DNA of 48,029 nucleotides from a virus. Lineage: Duplodnaviria > Caudoviricetes. Positions 34,712 to 42,622 of the stretch are shown here, piece after piece (within the stretch, counting starts at the first letter, position 1; every line of letters begins with the position of its first letter). Where the stretch lies: the IMG/VR virus record IMGVR_UViG_3300033418_000004, positions 1 through 48,029 of that record. One strand, 5' to 3'. The notes below the pieces were generated by a model, which saw only the letters and a list, made by a program, of their open reading frames with translations, searched no databases and had not been told where the DNA came from. The position numbers and the translations under genes are program-made.

Positions 34712-36055
34712 CTAACCTCCTTTAAGAAAGCCAGCTATTCTCGCCGCTGCTGCAGCATATGCTTGTGGTAGTTTCTCACAGCCAACTCCGATACATTTCT
34801 GATTGAATGCGGCTTCGAGCGTAGAACCGGAGCCGGCAAAAGGATCGACAACAGTAGCTCCTGGGTTAGCGCTACGAGCAATAAGGTTCTCCAAGAGGGA
34901 GGTAGGCTTTTCTGTTGGGTGGATTCGCTTTGAAGGTTCAACAAGACCACATTCGATCCAGTCAGGTTGGCCTTCTTTGATAAGTCTTGAAGCAGGCTTT
35001 CGACAGTACATGAGCATTTCGTAACAGGAGGCTGGCCAAGCACTTGGTACGTTGCATTGTCCCACTGAGCGCTTGATCCAAATAAGGGGCTTAATATGAA
35101 CGAGCCATCCGGCAGACTCAAACACTCCACGGAGCGTCCAGAAATGTTCAGGCCCACAGAAAACATAGGCGTGTGCACTTGCCGTTGTAAAGCGGAAAGC
35201 TTCTCGAGATAATGTCTGGTACAGTTCAAGAGCGTTCTCCTTCCCGTCGTCGAACTTGAAGCCGGAGGTAGTCAGGTTCCCGCCGGTTCCTCCTATGGTC
35301 ATGCCAACGTCCTGGTACTCGATGCCGTAAGGAGGATCGGTAAGGAGTATATCTGCGTAGCCTTCGGGAAGTGTCTTCATCCATTCGAGTGCATCAGCGT
35401 TGTCGAGCTTTACAAGATGGCTATGCTGGGCTTTGTTGGTTTCGTGCTTGGCAAGGCCCACGATATTGGCTGCTACTTTCTCCATAGCCTTTGCTGCTTT
35501 AGAGATATCTGATTTCTTCTTAGCATTCTGGAGATCGGGAAACGCTTTGAGCATCTCGGCCATCTGCAAGTCGGATATGACAGATCCTCGGGACTTACCT
35601 ACTAGAGCCGCTGTATCCTCGAGTGTCCAACCGCCAGCCTTCCCGGGCTCAGTCTTGCCGTACTGTGCCTGCTTCATCTTGTGGATCTCTTCCATCGCGA
35701 GGACTTCTTCAGCCGGCGTGAAAGCTTTTCGTTTGATGTTCTCTTCGAGTTCGAGCTGACGCATGACGATAGGATCGACGGCATCCATGAATACTGCTTT
35801 GACATTCATCGCTCCCATAATACAGGCAGCAAGACGACGACCGCCTGCAATAAGAGTGTAGTCGTGATTGATTACAATGGGCTGGATCTGGCCCTTTTCC
35901 TTGATCGACTTGACCAGGTCTTTGATATCGCCCATGTCCTGCCGGAAGCGCTTCTGAGTTTCGGAGAGCTTAACAGCAGATGGGTGGATAGTCATAACCT
36001 TGGACGGGTCGACAATTTCCTTTTGGCGTTCTTGATCGAGTAGTGTGTGGCTCAT
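34712..36055 (-). CDS. ParB-like N-terminal domain + HTH fused to an N6-A/N4-C DNA methyltransferase
   Basis: SIKEKGQIQPIVI..IAGGRRLAA..ENIKR (ParB); TLEDTAALVGKSRGSVI (HTH); TDPPY, HPTEKP and VDPFAGSGST (beta-class MTase order). Confidence 0.9.
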   Translation of the reverse strand: MSHTLLDQERQKEIVDPSKVMTIHPSAVKLSETQKRFRQDMGDIKDLVKSIKEKGQIQPIVINHDYTLIAGGRRLAACIMGAMNVKAVFMDAVDPIVMRQLELEENIKRKAFTPAEEVLAMEEIHKMKQAQYGKTEPGKAGGWTLEDTAALVGKSRGSVISDLQMAEMLKAFPDLQNAKKKSDISKAAKAMEKVAANIVGLAKHETNKAQHSHLVKLDNADALEWMKTLPEGYADILLTDPPYGIEYQDVGMTIGGTGGNLTTSGFKFDDGKENALELYQTLSREAFRFTTASAHAYVFCGPEHFWTLRGVFESAGWLVHIKPLIWIKRSVGQCNVPSAWPASCYEMLMYCRKPASRLIKEGQPDWIECGLVEPSKRIHPTEKPTSLLENLIARSANPGATVVDPFAGSGSTLEAAFNQKCIGVGCEKLPQAYAAAAARIAGFLKGG

Positions 36056-36387
36056 AGTTGCTCTCCAAAGTGGATGTATTCTATCGGGATTCCAAGTCTA
36101 TTGGCTTCGTCGATTTCTATCTTTACTCCTGTTGACTGTTCCCATCCTGGCAGGCAAAGAACGTACATCTCTTCACAGAGGGACAGGAAGTGCAGATCAC
36201 AGTCGATGTAGTGATCGTATGCTATCTTCTCAGTAGCAAGACGGTCGATGGTATGCCAGTGGGCAATGGGCGAGTAGACTCGTTTGCGTTCGACCATGAG
36301 TTGAGCAGCGTAAGCTGCAACGCAGAGGAATCGCTCTTCGCGCTCGAGTGGGGTGGCTGATGAGTAGGGAGATGCTAGGTAGATCAT
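36052..36387 (-). CDS. DUF1937 / nucleoside 2-deoxyribosyltransferase-like protein
   Basis: MIYLASPYS..YSPIAH..LPGWEQSTGVKIE. Confidence 0.8.
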   Translation of the reverse strand: MIYLASPYSSATPLEREERFLCVAAYAAQLMVERKRVYSPIAHWHTIDRLATEKIAYDHYIDCDLHFLSLCEEMYVLCLPGWEQSTGVKIEIDEANRLGIPIEYIHFGEQL

Positions 36388-36480
36388 AAGTACTCCTTAG
36401 TTACTTAAAGATACGTGGGTAGATGTAGATGATAATAAGGCAACCAAGCAGGATACCTACGAGCGAACCTATTACCTCGT

Positions 36481-36702
36481 TCATATCAGTCCCATCTCTT
36501 TCAGTGCCGCGAGTTGATCGGCTGTAAAGGTTGGTGTCTTTGGTTTCGTCGCGCCTCTGGGCTTCAGTTCCTTTCTTACTTTTTCGACCATAGACTCTTG
36601 TCGGCTGGTAAGAAGCTCATTGTAACGGCGCTCGCGATAAGCAAGGACGAAGGTTAACTTGTCACTGTTCTCGAATAGCGGGCGTACTTGGTGGAGTTTC
36701 AC
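36481..36702 (-). CDS. Hypothetical protein (73 aa)
   Basis: GGAGG RBS; C-terminal LAALKEMGLI. Confidence 0.6.
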   Translation of the reverse strand: MKLHQVRPLFENSDKLTFVLAYRERRYNELLTSRQESMVEKVRKELKPRGATKPKTPTFTADQLAALKEMGLI

Positions 36703-36934
36703 TTTCTGTTTCCTCCCCTGGCAGATTCCTCATGCCAAGCGCTTGTAAAAGTCCCACGCGGTCTTTGCGGTCGAGGAACTTAGTTTCCCCTTTGGAGAGA
36801 TAGTTGAAGACCTTTTCCTCTCCATGTTGTGCTACCATCCTCTCCCAATACGGGAGCCATTTCTGAACCTTAGGTCTCCAAGTTCGGTCTTTCACAATTT
36901 CTCCTTGTAAAAAAGCCCTAGGAAGAGCAACCAT
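36662..36934 (-). CDS. Hypothetical protein (true start probably GTG at ~36895)
   Basis: AAGGAG precedes the internal GTG. Confidence 0.55.
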   Translation of the reverse strand: MVALPRAFLQGEIVKDRTWRPKVQKWLPYWERMVAQHGEEKVFNYLSKGETKFLDRKDRVGLLQALGMRNLPGEETESETPPSTPAIREQ

Positions 36935-36948
36935 ACCCTCCCTAGGGC
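36909..36948 (-). terminator. Intrinsic terminator after the SSB-like gene
   Basis: GCCCTAGG...CCTAGGGC stem followed by T6 on the minus strand. Confidence 0.7.
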
Positions 36949-36973
36949 AAATGCTATGAACCGATGGATGTTA

Positions 36974-37447
36974 CTACGGTGCTGCGATCAGTGAGTTGAT
37001 CTCATTCCTGATGTCACCCTGCCACTCAGAAATCTTGATGTTGGCGATCACTTCGATGCCGATCCAGTCGCCGTTGTTGAGACCCTCCGCGATGGCTTTC
37101 GGAGTGGTCATGTTGATGCCGAGCGAAGTGGAGACCTTCTTCAGGTTGTTGATCTTCCACTGGGCTTTGGTCTGATTGCCAGACGAGGTGAGCTGATCGG
37201 CGTCTTCGGCGCGGGGCAACCAGATGCGATAGGAAAGCTTGGCACCGTCAACAGGGGTTTCGCCATCAGTCATTACCATGTCGTTACCCTGCAGAACCAC
37301 GTCGAAGTTGATGCTCTGTTTCTCTCCGTCGAAGGTGACACCAGTAACGGAGCCACGGTAGTTGCCCTGAGGAATCACGGGCGGTGCTTTTGCATCGGTA
37401 TCCAGATCAAAATCGGTTTCGAACTGCGTTACGGACATTGCTTCCAT
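36974..37447 (-). CDS. DUF669-like single-stranded DNA-binding protein
   Basis: VIPQGNY..VTGV, OB-like strands, EWQGDIRNEI; next to a Sak4-like ATPase. Confidence 0.7.
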   Translation of the reverse strand: MEAMSVTQFETDFDLDTDAKAPPVIPQGNYRGSVTGVTFDGEKQSINFDVVLQGNDMVMTDGETPVDGAKLSYRIWLPRAEDADQLTSSGNQTKAQWKINNLKKVSTSLGINMTTPKAIAEGLNNGDWIGIEVIANIKISEWQGDIRNEINSLIAAP

Positions 37448-37515
37448 GATGTTTCTCCTTGTGCGCTCTCACGCGCTAGTGGGATATACTGCCAGCAGCA
37501 GCTGGTCAGCTCGGA

Positions 37516-38250
37516 TTACTCTTGAGGTTCTTTCTTTTGAATTGCAGCCACGAGATCATGATAGTTGTTATTAACTTCAGCGGGTAGAATATGTTCGACA
37601 CCACTGATGCGAGAACGTGCCTTATACATTCCACGAGACTCGGTCTGAAGTACATAGTTAACTTTGTCTCCTTTCTTCTTGGCGAAGGCGAAGTAGACTT
37701 CATCGAACTTGCCAGGTAGTGAGTCCTTGAGAGCTCCCGGTAGAAGAGGCTGTACTCCCATGACTGCGCCAGTTTCCTCGTCTTTGACTACTTGCATATG
37801 AGCAAGTACTACCACGTTGCAGGGAAGGTCGATGATCTGTCTGAGTTTTCCTTCTACAAGATTCTTGACCATGCCGTAGTGAACATTCCAGAGAGGACCG
37901 CCGGTTGTGGAACGCTTGGGGTCGAGGGAAAGAGCGCGTTCCATGGCAAGCTCGGACATGATGGTTGTGGAGTCAACAACGACAGTCTTGTACTTGCCTT
38001 CCTTGCACTCCTTCATGAGGATGGGGAATTCCTTCTCGAATTCAATCCAGCCTTTCATGCTCATGTCGTAGGTGGCGAGGGTGAAGTCCTTGCCCTTGTA
38101 AGTAATTCCGCCGTGATCGAAGTCAAAGACAAGACCTGGGGTTGGGAAGGTCGAAGCGAAAACGCTCTTGCCCTGTCCATAGTCGGAAATGACTAGGATT
38201 TTCAGGTTCTGATCAGAGACTTTAAGATCCATGCTGTTTGTCAGTGCCAC
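37516..38250 (-). CDS. AAA_24 / Sak4-like recombination ATPase
   Basis: LVISDYGQGKS Walker A, TVVVDSTT Walker B, VVVLAH, FDEV; GTG 38250 after GGAGGTG. Confidence 0.85.
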   Translation of the reverse strand: MALTNSMDLKVSDQNLKILVISDYGQGKSVFASTFPTPGLVFDFDHGGITYKGKDFTLATYDMSMKGWIEFEKEFPILMKECKEGKYKTVVVDSTTIMSELAMERALSLDPKRSTTGGPLWNVHYGMVKNLVEGKLRQIIDLPCNVVVLAHMQVVKDEETGAVMGVQPLLPGALKDSLPGKFDEVYFAFAKKKGDKVNYVLQTESRGMYKARSRISGVEHILPAEVNNNYHDLVAAIQKKEPQE

Positions 38251-38482
38251 TGGTATCACCTCCATTCTTGATATGACCTCCCTGTGCTTTGAAGCGTAAA
38301 TCGTTGTTCCAGTCGAGTGCATCGGTTATTGTCTCGAGTTCTTGTAGGAAGAGTTCTCCCATGTCGAGGGAACGAGCGATGCCAAGCAGACTTTCTTTAG
38401 CGGCTTCGATACGGCCCTTTGTCAGCCACCATTTCTGCTGCTTAACTCTAAGTGAAGAGCTCTTCCATTTCACGGTTGGCAT
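38222..38482 (-). CDS. Hypothetical protein (start probably MPTVKW)
   Basis: AGGAGG RBS upstream of ATG 38482. Confidence 0.55.
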   Translation of the reverse strand: MPTVKWKSSSLRVKQQKWWLTKGRIEAAKESLLGIARSLDMGELFLQELETITDALDWNNDLRFKAQGGHIKNGGDTSGTDKQHGS

Positions 38483-38741
38483 CTTGCTCCTCCTTCCACT
38501 TTTTGATTCTTTCTTCAACAAGGGAGTAAGCTTCTTCAAAGGATCTTCCCCTTCGAGAGATGCCATTCTTCTCAATTTCGCAGTTGATCCAGATTCTGTG
38601 TGTGGTAATTAACTCATCCGTGTGCCAATGCCAGAGAGAATCTGTATCTACACCTATAGCGTGGTGATCGAGCGATCCGTCGATAGTGAGTGCAAGTCGC
38701 TTTACTGCGCTGAGTTTCTGCCGTAAGTTTGCAAGTGCCAT
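38448..38741 (-). CDS. Hypothetical protein (97 aa)
   Basis: TAATG coupling with the nuclease gene; GGAGG RBS. Confidence 0.6.
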   Translation of the reverse strand: MALANLRQKLSAVKRLALTIDGSLDHHAIGVDTDSLWHWHTDELITTHRIWINCEIEKNGISRRGRSFEEAYSLVEERIKKWKEEQDANREMEELFT

Positions 38742-39733
38742 TACGCACCTCCGTCAACAGCGATATCCTTCGCCGGGTCCCAAGCCTCGCCCACAAAGAA
38801 GTGAGTCTCAGGAATGATAGTGTCTTCGACATGGCGGTTCTGCTCGCAGAGCATGATGTAAGCGCACGCGCCGTACTGGTAGCAGTTGTCATGACACATA
38901 GGCCAGAGGTTGCGTTGATATTCTTCTTGAAGATCGTTGGCACAAGCAAAGAATGACACCATCCACTGCTCGAGATCACGGGCTGAGAAGAACTGAGGCG
39001 AGCGAAGGAAGTCGATCTTTGGCTCACCGTAGGAGTTATCTTTCTTTGATTTGTAACAGGACAGATGATGCAGTCCGATCATGGCTCCTTCAGGAGGCTC
39101 TTCAAGGCGTTGTGTCGCGGCCCAGGTATAGCCAATGATTTGGGCACTGCGGTGTAGGCGTTGTGCCTGTGTTGCGATGGGTTGACTGGTAGTCTTGTGC
39201 TCCAGTATCCAATAGCGATCATTGAGGTAAATCTCTCCGTCAATGACTCCCGTGAAGTTGAAAGGAGCAAGGCGCGGAAAGAGTACTCGAAAGTCTGGTA
39301 CCCCAGGGATTTCGTTTGGCTGCTGTGCCATTGGAATCTTGAAGGGAGTTTCGGTCTGGATTATCTTCATGGTGTGTTCATCAGCAAAGAAGTAATCGAG
39401 GTACTTTGCGAATGAAAGGAAAGCATTTCCGAGGGTGCGGTAGTCATTGTAGAATGTCTGGCCGCTGGTGTTAGTGATCTCGTCCCATTCCTTCTTCATG
39501 GCTTGGGCGGAGACGGTGATGGCATCGGCGCCTTTGTCCCAGCCGAACTCCTTGACGTGCTTGTAGTAAGCATCTACTCCAGCATGCCAAGTTGAGCCGT
39601 AGCGAAGTGCACTAGAGCCGTAGCACGTCTTGAGATTGCGGACAAAGCTCCAGTAGAACTTGCGAGGACAAGTACGGAAAGACTGCCGTTTGGTGTTGTC
39701 GAGATTATTGATTGAAATAGGAAGGTCAGACAT
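38741..39733 (-). CDS. PD-(D/E)XK exonuclease, Cas4/AddB-like
   Basis: CPRKFYW, TGVIDG..ILEHKT, Q...Y motif and C-terminal Cys cluster; ATG 39733 after AAGGAG. Confidence 0.85.
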   Translation of the reverse strand: MSDLPISINNLDNTKRQSFRTCPRKFYWSFVRNLKTCYGSSALRYGSTWHAGVDAYYKHVKEFGWDKGADAITVSAQAMKKEWDEITNTSGQTFYNDYRTLGNAFLSFAKYLDYFFADEHTMKIIQTETPFKIPMAQQPNEIPGVPDFRVLFPRLAPFNFTGVIDGEIYLNDRYWILEHKTTSQPIATQAQRLHRSAQIIGYTWAATQRLEEPPEGAMIGLHHLSCYKSKKDNSYGEPKIDFLRSPQFFSARDLEQWMVSFFACANDLQEEYQRNLWPMCHDNCYQYGACAYIMLCEQNRHVEDTIIPETHFFVGEAWDPAKDIAVDGGA

Positions 39734-39760
39734 GGTGGGATCTCCTTTGGCCCTAATCGC

Positions 39761-39790
39761 CAGTGACCGCGTCAATTTTTGACATCGCTT
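39761..39790 (+). repeat. Dispersed 30-bp palindromic element, copy 8
   Basis: CAGTGACC-GCGTCAA-TTT-TTGACAT-CGCTT; intergenic. Confidence 0.9.
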
Positions 39791-39791
39791 G

Positions 39792-39911
39792 AAAAAGTGC
39801 CGGAGTTACCTGTATCCGGCTACCCCTTTAAGGAACTTCGCATCTTTGCTGTGGTTGGCACCCATTAAGGTCAACTCTCGGCAGGAAGGATCAAGATGCA
39901 AACGTAGGGTA
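39792..39911 (-). ncRNA. Candidate structured intergenic RNA: rod-like stem plus terminator-like hairpin
   Basis: Nested pairings TACCC/GGGTA, TTTGCATCTT/AAGATGCGAA, GTTG/CAAC, ACCT-taat-GGGT; then GCCGGA-10nt-TCCGGC-AC-T5. Confidence 0.5.
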
Positions 39912-39921
39912 TGTTGTGAGA

Positions 39922-40326
39922 TTACAGCGTGATGCCCAGGAGCGCCAGTTGTGCTTTGGCGGCTTCTTGCTGCTCGGGCGGGAGGTTCTCGAGGTTGGCT
40001 TTGATAGCCGACAGAGTGACCTTCGGTTCCGCCGGGGTTCTGACAGTAAAGTTGCCGCTCTTCATGGCTTCCCACGTAGCTGTGATCGACGCCTCAGCAT
40101 CAGCGCCGCTCTCACCAGCAGCCGCATCACCGAGCTTGTGGCCGACGGCGAAGCAGGGGAGGATCGTCATGATGCTGTCGGGGAGGTCACTCAGGGGGAA
40201 GAGCATCTCGCCCTTGGTCCCGCCAATGACAGTGATCTTGCAGACCTTGGGATCGCTCACGTCCTTGGTAAGTTTCCTCGGGCGCTTTGTTACTTCTTCA
40301 GTGGTTTCGACGGTTTCTTCAGCCAT
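39922..40326 (-). CDS. Conserved-looking phage hypothetical protein (134 aa)
   Basis: AAGGAG RBS; VGHKLGDAAA..WEAMKSGNF motif. Confidence 0.75.
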   Translation of the reverse strand: MAEETVETTEEVTKRPRKLTKDVSDPKVCKITVIGGTKGEMLFPLSDLPDSIMTILPCFAVGHKLGDAAAGESGADAEASITATWEAMKSGNFTVRTPAEPKVTLSAIKANLENLPPEQQEAAKAQLALLGITL

Positions 40327-40471
40327 TTTCCTTCTCCTTTTCCTTGGGAATTAGGTAAGCCTCTAAGGCTTCCTTGACAACTTGTCCGACGGTTTTCTCT
40401 GCTTCGGCACAAAAGATTTTAAGTCTCTTGTGCTGTTCATCAGTTAGTTTGATCTGCACATGGGCTGACAT
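40319..40471 (-). CDS. Ribbon-helix-helix (CopG/ParG-like) DNA-binding protein (50 aa; not in the ORF track)
   Basis: MSAHVQIKLTDEQHKRLKIFCAEAEKTVGQVVKEALEAYL...; AAAGGAG RBS; first ORF after a promoter. Confidence 0.75.
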   Translation of the reverse strand: MSAHVQIKLTDEQHKRLKIFCAEAEKTVGQVVKEALEAYLIPKEKEKENG

Positions 40472-40527
40472 AGTGTTCACTCCTTTCGCGCCCGGAATTA
40501 AGCATCATGTTCTCATTCATTAATTAT

Positions 40528-40556
40528 ATAATGACATGGATTTGTCAGCGTGTCAA
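40528..40556 (-). promoter_or_regulatory. Sigma70 promoter
   Basis: TTGACA-17 nt-CATTAT with TG at the extended -10 position. Confidence 0.7.
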
Positions 40557-40608
40557 ACAAAATCGTGTTTCTTCGCGATAAATATTTTTGCTGCTTTTGG
40601 AAGATCAG

Positions 40609-41367
40609 TTATTCGCCGTCCAATGAAATATCGAAAGCAGGGCGCTGCGGCGATAATGAATCCTCCGGAAAGTACGATTCCGGCAGTGTACTTGTGCAGG
40701 TGGACTTGGAAGAGTTTTTCGTCTGGAACCATGTGGCAATTTCCTCCGCTATTGAAGCTGGCGCCCACCCACGGGATCTTCCCGCGGACATAATGGCAAG
40801 GATAACGACGGTTGGTGTTGCTCCATTTTCGCTAAGCCAATCTAGGTGCTTTCTTTCTTTGGTTGTGAGCTTTTGTGCTGCGGTTTTTCTGTCCTTTGGT
40901 GGTGTCATTGGAGCACTCCTTTTTGGTTGAGGGGTTGGGGCGAAGTCAATCGCTACCATTACACGTTGCCTACGCCCAGTGGCGGATGCTACTCTTCGGA
41001 TACCAGAATCTGCGATCAGATGTTTCTCCAAAAGTCTAGCGTAAGCCGGCGTTACTGCTTGCCTGCGGTGTTCGGACATTTGCTCACAAACCTGATCGGA
41101 GATACAACCGGAAGCACCGTAACTACGGATGATCTCAAGTACCCGGGAACAGATGGTGTCTGCGTCTGCTAGTTCAGCAGCTTCGTGCGATGTGTCTGGA
41201 TCTGTTGAACGAGCATGGAACTGGAACTCACCTTGTATTGTAGGAGTATAGTACTTGTCAATTAGCGATATCCAGCCCGGGAACTGGGTGTGGCAATCAG
41301 GGCACACACGATAAGCTATCCTCTTTTGTGCACCGCAGAGGCTGCACTCGAACCTTGGTCGCATCAT
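40609..41367 (-). CDS. Zinc-ribbon plus winged-helix DNA-binding protein (252 aa)
   Basis: CSLC..CPDC; ARSTDPDTSHEAA followed by a wHTH-like segment ending TGRRQRV. Confidence 0.65.
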   Translation of the reverse strand: MMRPRFECSLCGAQKRIAYRVCPDCHTQFPGWISLIDKYYTPTIQGEFQFHARSTDPDTSHEAAELADADTICSRVLEIIRSYGASGCISDQVCEQMSEHRRQAVTPAYARLLEKHLIADSGIRRVASATGRRQRVMVAIDFAPTPQPKRSAPMTPPKDRKTAAQKLTTKERKHLDWLSENGATPTVVILAIMSAGRSRGWAPASIAEEIATWFQTKNSSKSTCTSTLPESYFPEDSLSPQRPAFDISLDGE

Positions 41368-41600
41368 ACGAACCTCCGATAGGATGCTAGTATGAAACCC
41401 TCAAACAAAGTATCGTGCATCGTGCGGAGATCCTTCCGTTTGGGCAGTCTTATCCGCATCCATGAATCTGGGAAGTCTTTGTAGCAGATGTGAATAAGGG
41501 TGTGGAGCCTATTGACATAGACTGTATCATGCAGGACGACTGTGTCCTTGGTTCGTAGGTCTATGCCACGGACTATCCTTGTGCGGGCTGTTCTAAGCAT
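41364..41600 (-). CDS. Hypothetical protein (78 aa)
   Basis: Overlap-coupled with both neighbours; GAGG RBS. Confidence 0.55.
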   Translation of the reverse strand: MLRTARTRIVRGIDLRTKDTVVLHDTVYVNRLHTLIHICYKDFPDSWMRIRLPKRKDLRTMHDTLFEGFILASYRRFV

Positions 41601-41808
41601 TGCGTACCTCCTTTACGCGGTTAATGTAGCATATCAATGCGTTGATAACTGCGGGCTCAAGTACGATGATGTCCCTAGCATCCATGCGGTGATGAGAACC
41701 TGTGGTGAGAACAATCTCCCAGCCACAGTCGGTTGCGTAAACTGCGTCGCCTAGGTAATCTGGCGGCACAACGGTAGGGCACATGGCTTCAGTCAGTTTC
41801 TTTTCCAT
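41593..41808 (-). CDS. Hypothetical protein (71 aa)
   Basis: GGAGG RBS; YLGDAVYA..IVLEP pattern. Confidence 0.65.
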   Translation of the reverse strand: MEKKLTEAMCPTVVPPDYLGDAVYATDCGWEIVLTTGSHHRMDARDIIVLEPAVINALICYINRVKEVRNA

Positions 41809-41817
41809 TTGTTCCTC

Positions 41818-41991
41818 CTATTTGTAGATGACAGTTAGTGTTAGCCCTATGAGGGACGATATGAAGAGAAGCAGTATAACACCAACGAAGATGAATGGTC
41901 GGCGAAGTTCCTTTTTGTAGTATGCTTCAGTGATCTGAAGGAGTATACTTTCTTTCCCTTTTTTATCTGCGCTAGAAAAGTGGGAGTCCAT
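41818..41991 (-). CDS. 57-aa protein with C-terminal TM helix (not in the ORF track)
   Basis: AGGAGG RBS; ends ..RRPFIFVGVILLLFISSLIGLTLTVIYK. Confidence 0.6.
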   Translation of the reverse strand: MDSHFSSADKKGKESILLQITEAYYKKELRRPFIFVGVILLLFISSLIGLTLTVIYK

Positions 41992-42397
41992 TTGATTCCT
42001 CCTTAGGCCTGAATAACCGACTGGGATTAGTAATACCCCAGATTAGACGTTTGAAGTTAAGATACTCGCGGATGATATCGCTGCCTAATACTGCTTGCCA
42101 GAGGATGCGTTCGTCTTCGCTGAAACTGAGGTTGTCGAAGGTTAGGATAACGTGGTAGTTACCGTTGCGAGATCGCAGTACTTCTTTGGTGTACTTGAAG
42201 TCCACGGCGCGATCTGGCATAGCGTCGAGTTCAAGCTGTTCGAGGCGGCGCTCAAACTCATCGAGTTCCGCAAGGCCATCAATGTCGAGGAAGAGCTGAT
42301 TATGATTAGGCAGTAGCACAGTACAGTTTAATGCTTTGGCTACTCTTTCAGCATCATCATCGAAGTGGTAACTTTCTTTGCCGTCAAGTTCTTGCAT
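41972..42397 (-). CDS. Small AEP (archaeo-eukaryotic primase)-like protein
   Basis: LFLDID (motif I), RSRNGNYHV (motif II), downstream GSD. Confidence 0.55.
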   Translation of the reverse strand: MQELDGKESYHFDDDAERVAKALNCTVLLPNHNQLFLDIDGLAELDEFERRLEQLELDAMPDRAVDFKYTKEVLRSRNGNYHVILTFDNLSFSEDERILWQAVLGSDIIREYLNFKRLIWGITNPSRLFRPKEESNGLPLF

Positions 42398-42405
42398 GTT
42401 GCCTC

Positions 42406-42621
42406 CTAAGCAAGGTTTAGATGTGTTTCTACATCGACTGTGTAGACTGGAATACCAGAAATATTAGGCCGCTTTTCAGCAAATCCTTTCCAGTTTTCCT
42501 CTATGTACATCGGATCAGCTTTGAGTTTGTTCATTTCCTCGTAACCAAGGTAGATTGCAGTGGGAGGTTTGGCGTTATACGCTTTATAAAGGACTAAGAG
42601 TTTTAATATATGCCTGTACAT
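42406..42621 (-). CDS. Hypothetical protein (71 aa)
   Basis: ORF in operon order. Confidence 0.6.
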   Translation of the reverse strand: MYRHILKLLVLYKAYNAKPPTAIYLGYEEMNKLKADPMYIEENWKGFAEKRPNISGIPVYTVDVETHLNLA

Positions 42622-42622
42622 T

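Noticed and set aside
38741-39733. Cas4-like nuclease as evidence of CRISPR-Cas
   Set aside because: It sits with Sak4 and SSB genes as a standard phage recombination module; no array or other cas genes
39799-39820. tRNA gene in the structured intergenic region
   Set aside because: No T-loop GTTCRA, D-loop or cloverleaf could be built
40609-41367. CPDCH as a heme-binding motif
   Set aside because: It pairs with an upstream CSLC as a zinc ribbon in a protein with no export signal
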